DNA of 64,000 nt from Sedimentisphaerales bacterium (lineage in GTDB: Bacteria > Planctomycetota > Phycisphaerae > Sedimentisphaerales > SM23-30): positions 19,971-83,970 of the forward strand of contig CAXXMR010000027.1 of NCBI GenBank assembly GCA_963663805.2, read 5' to 3'. Made by a program: the position numbers and the translations under genes. Shown in pieces: positions 46,311 to 55,432 of the stretch; within the stretch, counting starts at the first letter, position 1, and each line of letters starts with the position of its first letter. The notes beneath the pieces are model-generated. The model was given only the letters and a program-made list of their open reading frames with translations. It was not told the origin of the DNA and did no database searches.

Positions 46311-48257
46311 ATGCGACTTGAGATGAAAAAAGGAATCGATATTCTCTCAGCAATTGGCGGCATTGAAAACATAGACCAGGCCAAGGCCCTGTTCAAAAAT
46401 AAATGTGATACGACGAATCTCACGAAAATCGAAACGATAAAAAATGAAGAAGCTCTGCTGAAAATCGCTAATGCTATCGCGATGTTCCAGCCGGATTCTG
46501 TTTGGATCAATTCCGGTAGCGAAGCGGATTTACAAAAGGCACGCGAAGGTGCTCTGGAAAACAATGAAGAGTTCAAGCTGGCCCTGTCCAATCATACCTG
46601 CCACTATGATTTGCCGGAAGACCAGGGACGTTTGATAAGTCAGACAATGTATATTTGCAATGAAGATGAAGACATTTCATCGATGGCCAAAAAAGAGCTT
46701 CGCTCGGACTCACATAAGTATCTTCAGGAAAACATGGTGGGCCTGATGAAGGGCAAGACCATGCTGGTTTCGCTGTGGAATCGAGGCCCCATTGGCGCTA
46801 AAGCTGCCATTCCAGCGATTATGATTACCGATTCTTATTATGTGGTCCATTCGGGCAATATTCTGTATCCGAATGTCTTCAATGATTTCGACAAGGAGGT
46901 CGCTCGGGCCGGTGTGTTCTTTACCAACTGCCACAGTTTCGGCAGATTCAACAGTGAGGACATCCCTAAGGCTCGTATTTATATGGATCGCAGCTGGCAG
47001 ACGACCTACTCGCTGCACTGCACCTATGCCGGCAATACGCTGCTGCTGAAGAAAGGCAACCATCGTTTCGCGGTCGATTTGTGTACTTATTATCGTGAGG
47101 AAGAACAGCTTTCCGAGCACATGTTCATTACCGGCATGACCGGACCCGGTGGTCGCAAGACCTTCATCGCTGGTGCCGCTCCCAGCGGTTGCGGCAAGAC
47201 CACGACAGCTATGGTTGGTACTGATTTTATCGGTGACGACCTGGCCCAGATCTGGATAGAGAATGACGGCACGGTGCGGGCGGTTAATCCGGAGATTGGT
47301 ATCTTTGGTATCGTCGCTGACGTGAACCGCGAAGGTGACCCGTATCTGATGGACTGTCTGCGGGGTGATAAACCTGCCGAGGTTATTTTCTCCAATGTGC
47401 TGGTAGATGACAGCAATACGCCCCGCTGGACCGGCGACGGCGATAAGCTGCCCACCAGCGGTAAAAATTATGAAGGCGAATGGACGCCGGACAAAGGAAC
47501 GCCTATGTCCAACCCCAACGCTCGCTGTACGCTTAGCTGCATGAACATTGAAAATTACAATCCGGAAATCGGCAAAAGCCCCGCCGGAGCTCCCGTCAAG
47601 GTTATTACCTATTCGGGCCGTGACAGCGACACCATGCCCCCGGTATGGGTTGCCAAAAATGCTGATGAAGGCGTGGTAATTGGTGCTTCGATTCAGTCAG
47701 CTGCTACCGCCACCGAGATCGGTGCTTCCGGTATCCGTCGCCAGCCCTGGGCGAATGCCCCGTTTGTACCCGGTTCACTTACGGATTATATGCAGGCGCA
47801 GTTTAAGTTCTTCAATAGTTCGAAGATTAAAGACAAGCCGGTTATGGCAGGCCTTAATTACTTCCTGACCAACGCTTCACGCGGCGGTGCTAAGGACGAT
47901 GTCAGCCTTATCGGCGAAAAACGCGATGTCAAAGCCTGGCTCAGCTGGCTCGAACGTTATGCCCACGGCGACGTAAAGGGCATCAATACGCCCATCGGCT
48001 TCATCCCCAAATATGAAGACCTCAAGGCCATCTTCAAGGAAACTATCGGCAAGGACTATACCAAGGCTATTTACGACAAACAGTTCGCTTTGTATGTTGA
48101 TAATATCGTAGCCCGTCTGGACCTGCAGAAAGAGGCCTACAGCAAGGAAAGCGACGTACCCGCAAAACTGTTCGAGATTTACGATACTCAGAAAGCAGAG
48201 CTTCTGGCCCTGAAAGATAAGTTCGGCAGTGTGGTTTCCGTAGAGCAGTTAAGCTAA
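46311..48257 (+). CDS. pckG: phosphoenolpyruvate carboxykinase, GTP-type (divergent)
   Basis: The P-loop region GPGGRKTFIAGAAPSGCGKTTTAM compares with the canonical GTP-PEPCK FPSACGKTN. The N-terminal PDSVWINSGSEAD block is present. Length is about 650 aa. The start is taken at MRLEMKKG, preceded by AGGAAAAAG. Confidence 0.65.
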   Translation: MRLEMKKGIDILSAIGGIENIDQAKALFKNKCDTTNLTKIETIKNEEALLKIANAIAMFQPDSVWINSGSEADLQKAREGALENNEEFKLALSNHTCHYDLPEDQGRLISQTMYICNEDEDISSMAKKELRSDSHKYLQENMVGLMKGKTMLVSLWNRGPIGAKAAIPAIMITDSYYVVHSGNILYPNVFNDFDKEVARAGVFFTNCHSFGRFNSEDIPKARIYMDRSWQTTYSLHCTYAGNTLLLKKGNHRFAVDLCTYYREEEQLSEHMFITGMTGPGGRKTFIAGAAPSGCGKTTTAMVGTDFIGDDLAQIWIENDGTVRAVNPEIGIFGIVADVNREGDPYLMDCLRGDKPAEVIFSNVLVDDSNTPRWTGDGDKLPTSGKNYEGEWTPDKGTPMSNPNARCTLSCMNIENYNPEIGKSPAGAPVKVITYSGRDSDTMPPVWVAKNADEGVVIGASIQSAATATEIGASGIRRQPWANAPFVPGSLTDYMQAQFKFFNSSKIKDKPVMAGLNYFLTNASRGGAKDDVSLIGEKRDVKAWLSWLERYAHGDVKGINTPIGFIPKYEDLKAIFKETIGKDYTKAIYDKQFALYVDNIVARLDLQKEAYSKESDVPAKLFEIYDTQKAELLALKDKFGSVVSVEQLS

Positions 48258-48361
48258 ACTACCCTGTTTGGCAAAAAATTGCCGTAACAGTTCACATAAT
48301 CGTACCGATGCAGCTAATTTGAAATGCAGCGAACACTTGCAAATTGCCTAAATTAACAAAA

Positions 48362-48387
48362 AGGCCAACTTCGGTTGGCCTTTTTTT
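48362..48387 (+). terminator. rho-independent terminator
   Basis: AGGCCAAC-TTCG-GTTGGCCT followed by T7. Confidence 0.75.
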
Positions 48388-48457
48388 GTTTCCATTTTAA
48401 TGTGGAAATTGGTATAATTAATGTTCTGATAACAAGAAAATCGAAAAGAGGCAGAAA

Positions 48458-49867
48458 ATGAGCAGAGTCACAATTTTTTTAACGATGTGTTTGATTTCAA
48501 CATCAAGTCTTTACGCAACTACATATAATTCTGCCTGGAATAATACCAACGGTGGATATTGGGATGACAACAATAATTGGCTCCCTCAAATCGTGCCCGA
48601 CAATGATGACCCGGATATTTTTATCGTTACCATTAACAATTCCGGTAATCCCGAAATAAAAATAACGATGGAAGAGAGCCGTACAATCAGCCAGCTTCAA
48701 TGTTGGGGAAATGTCTTCCTGTGGAGTGATTTGTTCAATTACCCGCGTTTGGAGATAGTGGGTGGTTTACAAAACTACGGTGGACTTGATATTGAACAAC
48801 TTGAGGTAGCGGCGGGGGGGATAAGCAATAGTGCCGTATTGTATATTGAGGCTGTCCGGCTTTATGGTTATATTTCCAATAGTTCGGCCGCGACATTAGA
48901 CATTGAGGATTCCGATATCGAAGGAGACATAATTAACTACGGGATTATCGAGAGCTTTGATACTGAACTTGAAGGTGAAATAACAAATAATGCCGGGGCC
49001 CGCATCAGTGTCCGTGATAAATTTATTGTCGAAACCAATGATTCTGGTCTGGGCGGCAATATTAACAATCAGGGCATTCTGATGGCATTGCCGAGCAGTC
49101 ATTTCTGGGCGGAAGATACTTTTGCTAACAGCGGTTTCATTAAACTCTGGGGCGGCCTGCGGGGTGAAAATGAATTCATCAACAATACTGGCGGAACCAT
49201 CAATGGTTATGGCGGAATTGCTGGCGGAACCTTAACCAATGCGGGAACAATTATCGCCAACGGCGGCGGTCTGGAGCTTTTCGCGACCGCTTCTGCGGTG
49301 GTTAATGACGGAACTATTATATGCAAACCGGGTGCGATGATTTATCTGACCGCTCTGGGAACCCCGGGTGACCCGCAAAATAACGGCTATCTCGAAATCA
49401 ACGCCCAAGCCACATTAACCGCGGATATGTCCCTGCATAACAACACCGGAGCGGAAATATATTTAGCCGGCGGTACCCTGGCAGCCCCCACGATTCATCA
49501 GGCGAACGGAGCGTTACTGACCGGCCAGGGAAATATCACCGGAAACATTATTATTGCCGATAACGGCTCAATAGAGTTCACTGGCCCGTCGAACGTATTT
49601 GGCGACGTAGGAATTGGCACAGACGCTGCTCTCGAAGTCCGCGACGGCACAACAATCGTCACCGGCGATATAATCAATAACGGCACCATCCACATGATTG
49701 GCGGACGTTTGATATGTCAGGGAACGTTCACCAATAACGGAACGATAACCTGGGAAGCCGGTCCCAACAGCAATCCGGTCGATATGAATCTGGATGGGCA
49801 GGTTGACCTGATAGATTTCGCCGGTTTCGCTGATAACTGGCTCTGGCAGGCAGACTGGCGTAACTAA
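48458..49867 (+). CDS. secreted beta-helix-like repeat protein with a dockerin-like tail
   Basis: Signal peptide present. The N-terminal WNNTNGGYWDDNNNW motif is shared with 55433-57961. Gly/Asn/Ile-rich repeats are present. The tail is DMNLDGQVDLIDFAGFADNWLW. Confidence 0.5.
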   Translation: MSRVTIFLTMCLISTSSLYATTYNSAWNNTNGGYWDDNNNWLPQIVPDNDDPDIFIVTINNSGNPEIKITMEESRTISQLQCWGNVFLWSDLFNYPRLEIVGGLQNYGGLDIEQLEVAAGGISNSAVLYIEAVRLYGYISNSSAATLDIEDSDIEGDIINYGIIESFDTELEGEITNNAGARISVRDKFIVETNDSGLGGNINNQGILMALPSSHFWAEDTFANSGFIKLWGGLRGENEFINNTGGTINGYGGIAGGTLTNAGTIIANGGGLELFATASAVVNDGTIICKPGAMIYLTALGTPGDPQNNGYLEINAQATLTADMSLHNNTGAEIYLAGGTLAAPTIHQANGALLTGQGNITGNIIIADNGSIEFTGPSNVFGDVGIGTDAALEVRDGTTIVTGDIINNGTIHMIGGRLICQGTFTNNGTITWEAGPNSNPVDMNLDGQVDLIDFAGFADNWLWQADWRN

Positions 49868-50454
49868 AGAGCAACGATGTTATCCATGGGAACGTCCTGC
49901 ATGCTACCCGCCCGAAGGTGATTAGTTAGATTTCGGGTAACGGTATCCGTTGCATAATAACTGCACGGTAACCGATCGGGGGACTCACCGGATTATCCGG
50001 CAAAGACTGATTATTAGGCGGCCAATATCCATTTCAGCTTCACTTTACCCATTATAATAAAACTTAAAGACAAAACAAATAAAAAAGACGACTTTATTCT
50101 AGAATAAATATTCATAGCGCCGGATGTCTCTATCATCCAAGATAATTCAACTACCAGGAATGACACCTGGGGTTGCCAGATGTGCGCGAAATGACAACTT
50201 TTTTTCAAGTTTTGCTATAGTTGCTCTCCTGCTTGTTTGCATATAATCGAGAGGTAATGGTAGAAATTGGGCAGTAGTCTCTCACAAATGAATTACGCAA
50301 AATGGCAACAATATTCCCGGAACCGTGTGTACATAGTTAAAAATTAGTTGCCGTTTAAAATCCGCATAATCCGCGGTTAAATATTTTTGTTGTCGTTGTT
50401 TAGGATTTAGAATTTAGTGCTTGGAATTTCCAGTTTATCTGACTTAGGATAAAG

Positions 50455-51699
50455 ATGAAAAAATTAGATTTGTTAATCGTAGGTGCCGGCCAGCGGGGGC
50501 AGGCTTATGCCCAGTATGCTCTGGAAAATCCTGACCGGGCGGCTATCCGGGCGGTGGCTGAACCACGCGAGTTTCACCGACAGCAGATGGCGAGGCGGTA
50601 CGGTATCTTGCCGGACAAACTTTTTGGGGACTGGAAAGAACCCGCTTCGCAAAAAAAAATGGCTGATGTGGTGGTCATTGCGACTCAGGATAAAATGCAC
50701 ACTGAACCAGCGCTTGCCTTTGCGAATATGGGATACGATGTGCTGCTGGAAAAACCGATGGCACCCACCGAGGACGAGTGTCGCAGGATTGTCGATAGTG
50801 CCCAGCGAAACGATATTATGTTTGCGGTTGCTCATGTCCTGCGCTATACCAATTACACCCGCAAGCTGAAAGAGATTGTTGATTCCGGGCGTATCGGTGA
50901 GGTGATAAGCATTCAGCATCTTGAACCGGTGGGCTACTGGCATCAGGCCCATTCTTATGTGCGGGGTAGCTGGCGCAACGAAGCGGAATCAACCTTTATG
51001 CTGATGGCTAAATCCTGCCACGACCTGGACTGGATACGTTATTTCGCCGGCGCCTCATGTACGAAAATTTCTTCATTTGGCAATCTGAAGCATTTCAAGG
51101 TCGAAAACAAGCCCGCCGGTGCCGCGAAACGTTGTCTGGATTGTGCGGTTGAATCAGCCTGTCCTTATTCTGCTCAGAAGATTTACCTGGGAATGTATCA
51201 TGCCGGTCAGCACAATTGGCCGGTCTCTTATATTACCACGGATATTTCTGAAGAGGGCATTTTGGCGGCATTGCGTGATGGTCCTTATGGCCGTTGTGTT
51301 TATGATTGCGATAATGATGTCGTGGACCATCAGGTAGTGAATATGGAATTCGCCAACGGGGTAACAGCGTCTTTTACAATGACGGCCTTTACAAAGATGA
51401 CGCATCGCCAGACCATGTTTTTTGGTACCTATGGCCAGCTTAAAGGGGATGGCGAACGAATAGAAATTTACGATTTCCTTACTGACCAGACTGAAATTAT
51501 AGAAGTCAACAGTAAAGCCGCGGACCTTACCGGAGGCCACGGTGGAGGCGATATGGGCCTGATGCACAGTTTCGTAGATGCCGTATCAAGCCGCGACAAA
51601 AGCAAAATCCTCTCCGGCCCGGCAGAGACGCTGGAGACGCATTTGATGGTCTTCGCCGCCGAAAAATCCCGACGTGAGGGGACGGTAGTTACTCTGTAA
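50455..51699 (+). CDS. Gfo/Idh/MocA-family NAD(P)-dependent oxidoreductase
   Basis: N-terminal Rossmann motif LLIVGAGQRGQAY followed by LLEKPMA. Length 414 aa. Confidence 0.7.
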   Translation: MKKLDLLIVGAGQRGQAYAQYALENPDRAAIRAVAEPREFHRQQMARRYGILPDKLFGDWKEPASQKKMADVVVIATQDKMHTEPALAFANMGYDVLLEKPMAPTEDECRRIVDSAQRNDIMFAVAHVLRYTNYTRKLKEIVDSGRIGEVISIQHLEPVGYWHQAHSYVRGSWRNEAESTFMLMAKSCHDLDWIRYFAGASCTKISSFGNLKHFKVENKPAGAAKRCLDCAVESACPYSAQKIYLGMYHAGQHNWPVSYITTDISEEGILAALRDGPYGRCVYDCDNDVVDHQVVNMEFANGVTASFTMTAFTKMTHRQTMFFGTYGQLKGDGERIEIYDFLTDQTEIIEVNSKAADLTGGHGGGDMGLMHSFVDAVSSRDKSKILSGPAETLETHLMVFAAEKSRREGTVVTL

Positions 51700-51716
51700 T
51701 TTCGGATATTTAAATC

Positions 51717-52868
51717 ATGATTTCTCGCAAAGAACGATTACTGAAAACATTGAGGGGGGAGTCTGTAGACCGGGTGCCAGTTTGTTTTTATGAGTTGAAC
51801 GGACTGGATGAAGATTTTTCCGACACAGATACATTCAATATCTACAATCATCCGTCGTGGCGGCGGCTTATTGAGTTGGCTGCCGATGAGACAGACCGCA
51901 TTGTGATGAGACAGATGTCTTTTCGGGGGGCGGAAACCGATTATCTGGCGGATTTGAGAGAGTTGGTCAATCGCGAAATTTATTATGACAAGCAGGGCAG
52001 TCGTCACATTGTCACGACGATTAAGGCCGGGGGACGCCAGTTGAGGAGGCATCAGAGAGTTGACACGGGAGTGCGGACGACCTGGACTCTGGAGCATTTT
52101 CTCAAAAACGAAGAGGATACCCGGGCTTTTCTGGCTCTGCCGGAGAAAGATTTCGCCGGTATTGCAGATGTGAGCAGCATTGAAGCAGCCGAGGCACGGC
52201 TGGGTGATTCGGGGATGGTGATGATTGATATTCCTGATGCCTTGTGTCTGGCGGCCGAGTTGTTTGATATGAGCACCTTTACAATAATAGCACTTACAGA
52301 AAGCAATTTATTTTCAGCTTTGCTGCATCGTTTCCAGAGATTTCTATTACCGCGGGTACAGGTCTTTGGCCAGGGTTGCCCGGGGCGGTTGTGGAGGATA
52401 TATGGTCCTGAGTATGCCTGCCGGCCTTATCTGCCGCCAGCGTTGTTTGCGGAATACGTGTTGAAATATGACCGGGAGCTAGTAGAAGCGATTCATAGCG
52501 GAGGGGGCTGGGCTCGTATTCATGCTCATGGAATGGTTCGCGATATTCTCGACGGGGTGGTTGAGGCAGGCTTTGACGCTATCGACCCTCTGGAGCCAGC
52601 ACCTCAGGGAGATGTCCAGCTGAGTTATGTGCGGCAGCGTTACGGTAAAAATTTGGTACTGTTTGGCAATCTTGAGCTGAGCGATTTAACAAATCTGTCA
52701 CCGAAAGCTTTTGCTGTCAAGATACGCCGAGCGTTGGAGGAAGGTACCAGTCGCGAAGGAAGAGGTTTTGTGCTTATGCCTTCAGCTTGCCCTTATGGGC
52801 GAGAGATAAGTGATAATGTGTTTGAGAATTATCGTCTAATGACGGAAATGGCCCGTGATTTTGGCTAA
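51717..52868 (+). CDS. uroporphyrinogen-decarboxylase (URO-D) family protein
   Basis: The N-terminus SRKERLLKTLRGESVDRVPV is typical of URO-D/MtaA-like proteins. It follows the oxidoreductase gene after 17 nt. Confidence 0.5.
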   Translation: MISRKERLLKTLRGESVDRVPVCFYELNGLDEDFSDTDTFNIYNHPSWRRLIELAADETDRIVMRQMSFRGAETDYLADLRELVNREIYYDKQGSRHIVTTIKAGGRQLRRHQRVDTGVRTTWTLEHFLKNEEDTRAFLALPEKDFAGIADVSSIEAAEARLGDSGMVMIDIPDALCLAAELFDMSTFTIIALTESNLFSALLHRFQRFLLPRVQVFGQGCPGRLWRIYGPEYACRPYLPPALFAEYVLKYDRELVEAIHSGGGWARIHAHGMVRDILDGVVEAGFDAIDPLEPAPQGDVQLSYVRQRYGKNLVLFGNLELSDLTNLSPKAFAVKIRRALEEGTSREGRGFVLMPSACPYGREISDNVFENYRLMTEMARDFG

Positions 52869-54046
52869 TCGTTCCGGTTGTCTTTCCGGAACGACATGGG
52901 GGAAGTATTGGTGATATTTTTGAAATATCGGCTGAAGCTGTCCACTCCAGAGAAGTTGAGGTATTGGGCGATTTCGGTGATATTCATATCTGAGTCGAGC
53001 AACAGTTCCTGAGCCAGAGAGATTCGGGTATTTTGTATTTCGCTGAGGATTGTGCGTCCGAGTTTATCGCTGAATTTTCCCTGGAGGCACCTTCGGGAGG
53101 TAGTGACCGCCTCGACGACATCTGAGACCTGAATAGGTTTGCGACGGTTTTCTCGGATAAACTGCAATGCTTTGACTACCTCGTCATCCTCAATTGCCAT
53201 GATGTCAGTTGATGTTCTGGTAACAACCTGGATAGGACTGATGGTTATTACCTGACCGGTCATTTTTTCTCCCTTGATGAGATTGTGCAGGAGCTGGGCA
53301 GCTTTGAATCCGGCTTTGTGGGCATTGAGGTGTATGCTGGAAAGGGGGATTTCGCAAGTATTGCAGAGCAGGTCATCATTATCGACTCCGAGGATAGCGA
53401 GGTGTTCAGGAATGTGGATCTGGGCTATTTTGGCGGCTTCCATAATATTTATGGCTCTGGCGTCGGAACAAGCCAGCAGGGCCGTAGGTTTTTTCAAACT
53501 TTTGAGCCAACGAGCGATATTTTCTATTTCATATTTGACGCCCTTGCGGCGTAGGTTGTTTCGGGTTGGATGAACATAGGACTGTACCTGAAAATCGGCT
53601 TTTTTTACGGCTTGGCGAAAACCATCTTCCCGCAAATTGGAAAAAAGCTCATTTTTGAAACCACAATAGGCGAAATTTTGGTATCCCCGGTCGAGAAAAT
53701 GCCGGGCGGCCATCTGTCCTATTCCCGTATGGTCAAGTGACAGTCTGGGCAGGTGGCCGGCCAGGTGGAGTTCTGTTTTGGCGACAATGGTAGGGACGCC
53801 TTTTGCGGTCAGAAATTCAGTTTTTTTGGGGTTGCGGGTTATAATACCGTCTGCGTCGATCCTCTCCAGTCTTTTATAGAATTCACGCCTGAGATTGGCG
53901 CCAGGGCCATAGGCGGGATTGTGAAAATCACGAAAAATGGTCCAGGGGCCGTGGAGGCGGACATATTCTGAAAAACCCCAGATTAAAGAGCGGCAATATG
54001 AGCTGGAGTCCTCGATGACCATGATTATCTTAGGTATCTGCGACAT
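52865..54046 (-). CDS. XylR-like regulator (PBP-fold sensor plus AraC HTH), paralogue of 40465-41688
   Basis: MSQIPKIIMVIEDSSSYCRSLIWGFSEYVR… LLACSDARAINIMEAA, ILGVDNDDLL. The AraC HTH is SRRCLQGKFSDKLGRTILSEIQNTRI…FSGVDSFSRYFKNITNTSPMSFR. Confidence 0.75.
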   Translation of the reverse strand: MSQIPKIIMVIEDSSSYCRSLIWGFSEYVRLHGPWTIFRDFHNPAYGPGANLRREFYKRLERIDADGIITRNPKKTEFLTAKGVPTIVAKTELHLAGHLPRLSLDHTGIGQMAARHFLDRGYQNFAYCGFKNELFSNLREDGFRQAVKKADFQVQSYVHPTRNNLRRKGVKYEIENIARWLKSLKKPTALLACSDARAINIMEAAKIAQIHIPEHLAILGVDNDDLLCNTCEIPLSSIHLNAHKAGFKAAQLLHNLIKGEKMTGQVITISPIQVVTRTSTDIMAIEDDEVVKALQFIRENRRKPIQVSDVVEAVTTSRRCLQGKFSDKLGRTILSEIQNTRISLAQELLLDSDMNITEIAQYLNFSGVDSFSRYFKNITNTSPMSFRKDNRND

Positions 54047-54080
54047 AAGCACCTTTCTGATACTGAAAAACTGATTGTAA

Positions 54081-54122
54081 GCTATAATTGAGAATAAATC
54101 AAGTTTTCTTGCGCAAAATGCC
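54081..54122 (-). promoter_or_regulatory. partial third copy of the regulator-associated motif
   Basis: The minus strand reads CATTTTGCGCAAGAAAACTTGATTTATTCTCAATTATAGC. It shares CATTTTGCG and the TTCTCA-TT block with copies 1 and 2. Confidence 0.35.
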
Positions 54123-54223
54123 AAAGTCTTAGCACAAAGAGGGATGATATATTTTGTCGATACATGTTAGGATATAATCTGTTGAGTACCAACGTTATAG
54201 GGATGTAAAGCAGAGGTGACAAA

Positions 54224-55429
54224 ATGGTAAAGATTCTTAGAGCCTTACTACCTTTTTTATTCAGTATGAGTTGCCTGGCCGCAGATGAGATTGTGGTCTG
54301 TGAGTATGCTCCGATAAAATTCAAACCTGGCATGTTTGATGTCAGTCAGGGGGATACTCTGGGATTGAAGGAGGCCGATGGTAGTGAGACGATAACGGTT
54401 TTTCGACCGGAGCGGGAAACCGATATGCGTTTCAATAATCATCCGCAGTTGATAGTTTTCAAAGAAAAACTTTACGCAACCTGGGTCGGCCATCCGGTTC
54501 ACGAGGTAAGTGATAAGGCGTATGTTTTTTATAGTTGCAGTGTTGATGGACACAAGTGGACTGAGCCGGTTCGAGTTGGACCGGAATTACGGGCCAGTGG
54601 CGGTTGGTTAAGTGATGGTAATCATCTTTCATGTTTGCTGATAAAGGCTGACAAGGAACTTAAAGGTGAACATAAGGTTGAGTCGCCAGATACGGAATAT
54701 TGCCTGAGTCGGGATGGTTTGATCTGGTCAGAGGCCCAGGTTTTGATAGATAACGCGATGCCCAGCGAAAGCGCCCGCCGAACTTCTACGGGCCGATATA
54801 TAATGACTTGTCATGGCTTGGGTAAGGGTGACTACTCAGATGTACGGGTGACTCGAGTGATGTACACAGATGACCCCGCAGGTCTTACCGGTTGGCAGGA
54901 AGGCCAATTGCCGCGTTTGCTTCCTGTGAATATCTCCGATAGTAAAAAAGTCGCTCGGGCGGTTGAATCGAGTTGGTATGAAAGGCGTGATGGTTCACTG
55001 GTAATGTTGTTTCGCAGTCTGGATTTTAATGCCAAAACACGTCCGTGGCGGGTTCTGGCGGCAGAAAGTTTTGATAACGGTACGACCTGGAGCAAGCCGG
55101 TCCTGACAGATATGGTTGACTCTGATTCGATGCAGTGTGCAGGTTCTTTGCCGGACGGAACAGTATATATGATAAATAATCCAGTTGAAGGACGCCGGCG
55201 GGTTCCGCTGGCAATTACGGTCAGTGATGACGGAAAATACTTTGACCGCTCGTATCTGGTGCGGGGGACACCACAGGAAAGACGCTACGAGGGTATAAGC
55301 AAAACCCTGGGATACAGCTATCCGGGGCGAGCCGTCTGGAAAGATTATATCTGGATATCATACGCGACCAATAAAGAAGATATCGAAATTACCCGCATTC
55401 CTCTGAAGTCTTTGAAGAAAGTGCAGTAG
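54224..55429 (+). CDS. secreted BNR/Asp-box sialidase-fold protein (second family)
   Basis: Signal peptide present. Asp-boxes SVDGHKW, SRDGLIW, SFDNGTTW and SDDGKYF. The conserved DSDSMQCAGSLPDG block is present. Confidence 0.6.
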   Translation: MVKILRALLPFLFSMSCLAADEIVVCEYAPIKFKPGMFDVSQGDTLGLKEADGSETITVFRPERETDMRFNNHPQLIVFKEKLYATWVGHPVHEVSDKAYVFYSCSVDGHKWTEPVRVGPELRASGGWLSDGNHLSCLLIKADKELKGEHKVESPDTEYCLSRDGLIWSEAQVLIDNAMPSESARRTSTGRYIMTCHGLGKGDYSDVRVTRVMYTDDPAGLTGWQEGQLPRLLPVNISDSKKVARAVESSWYERRDGSLVMLFRSLDFNAKTRPWRVLAAESFDNGTTWSKPVLTDMVDSDSMQCAGSLPDGTVYMINNPVEGRRRVPLAITVSDDGKYFDRSYLVRGTPQERRYEGISKTLGYSYPGRAVWKDYIWISYATNKEDIEITRIPLKSLKKVQ

Positions 55430-55432
55430 CAG

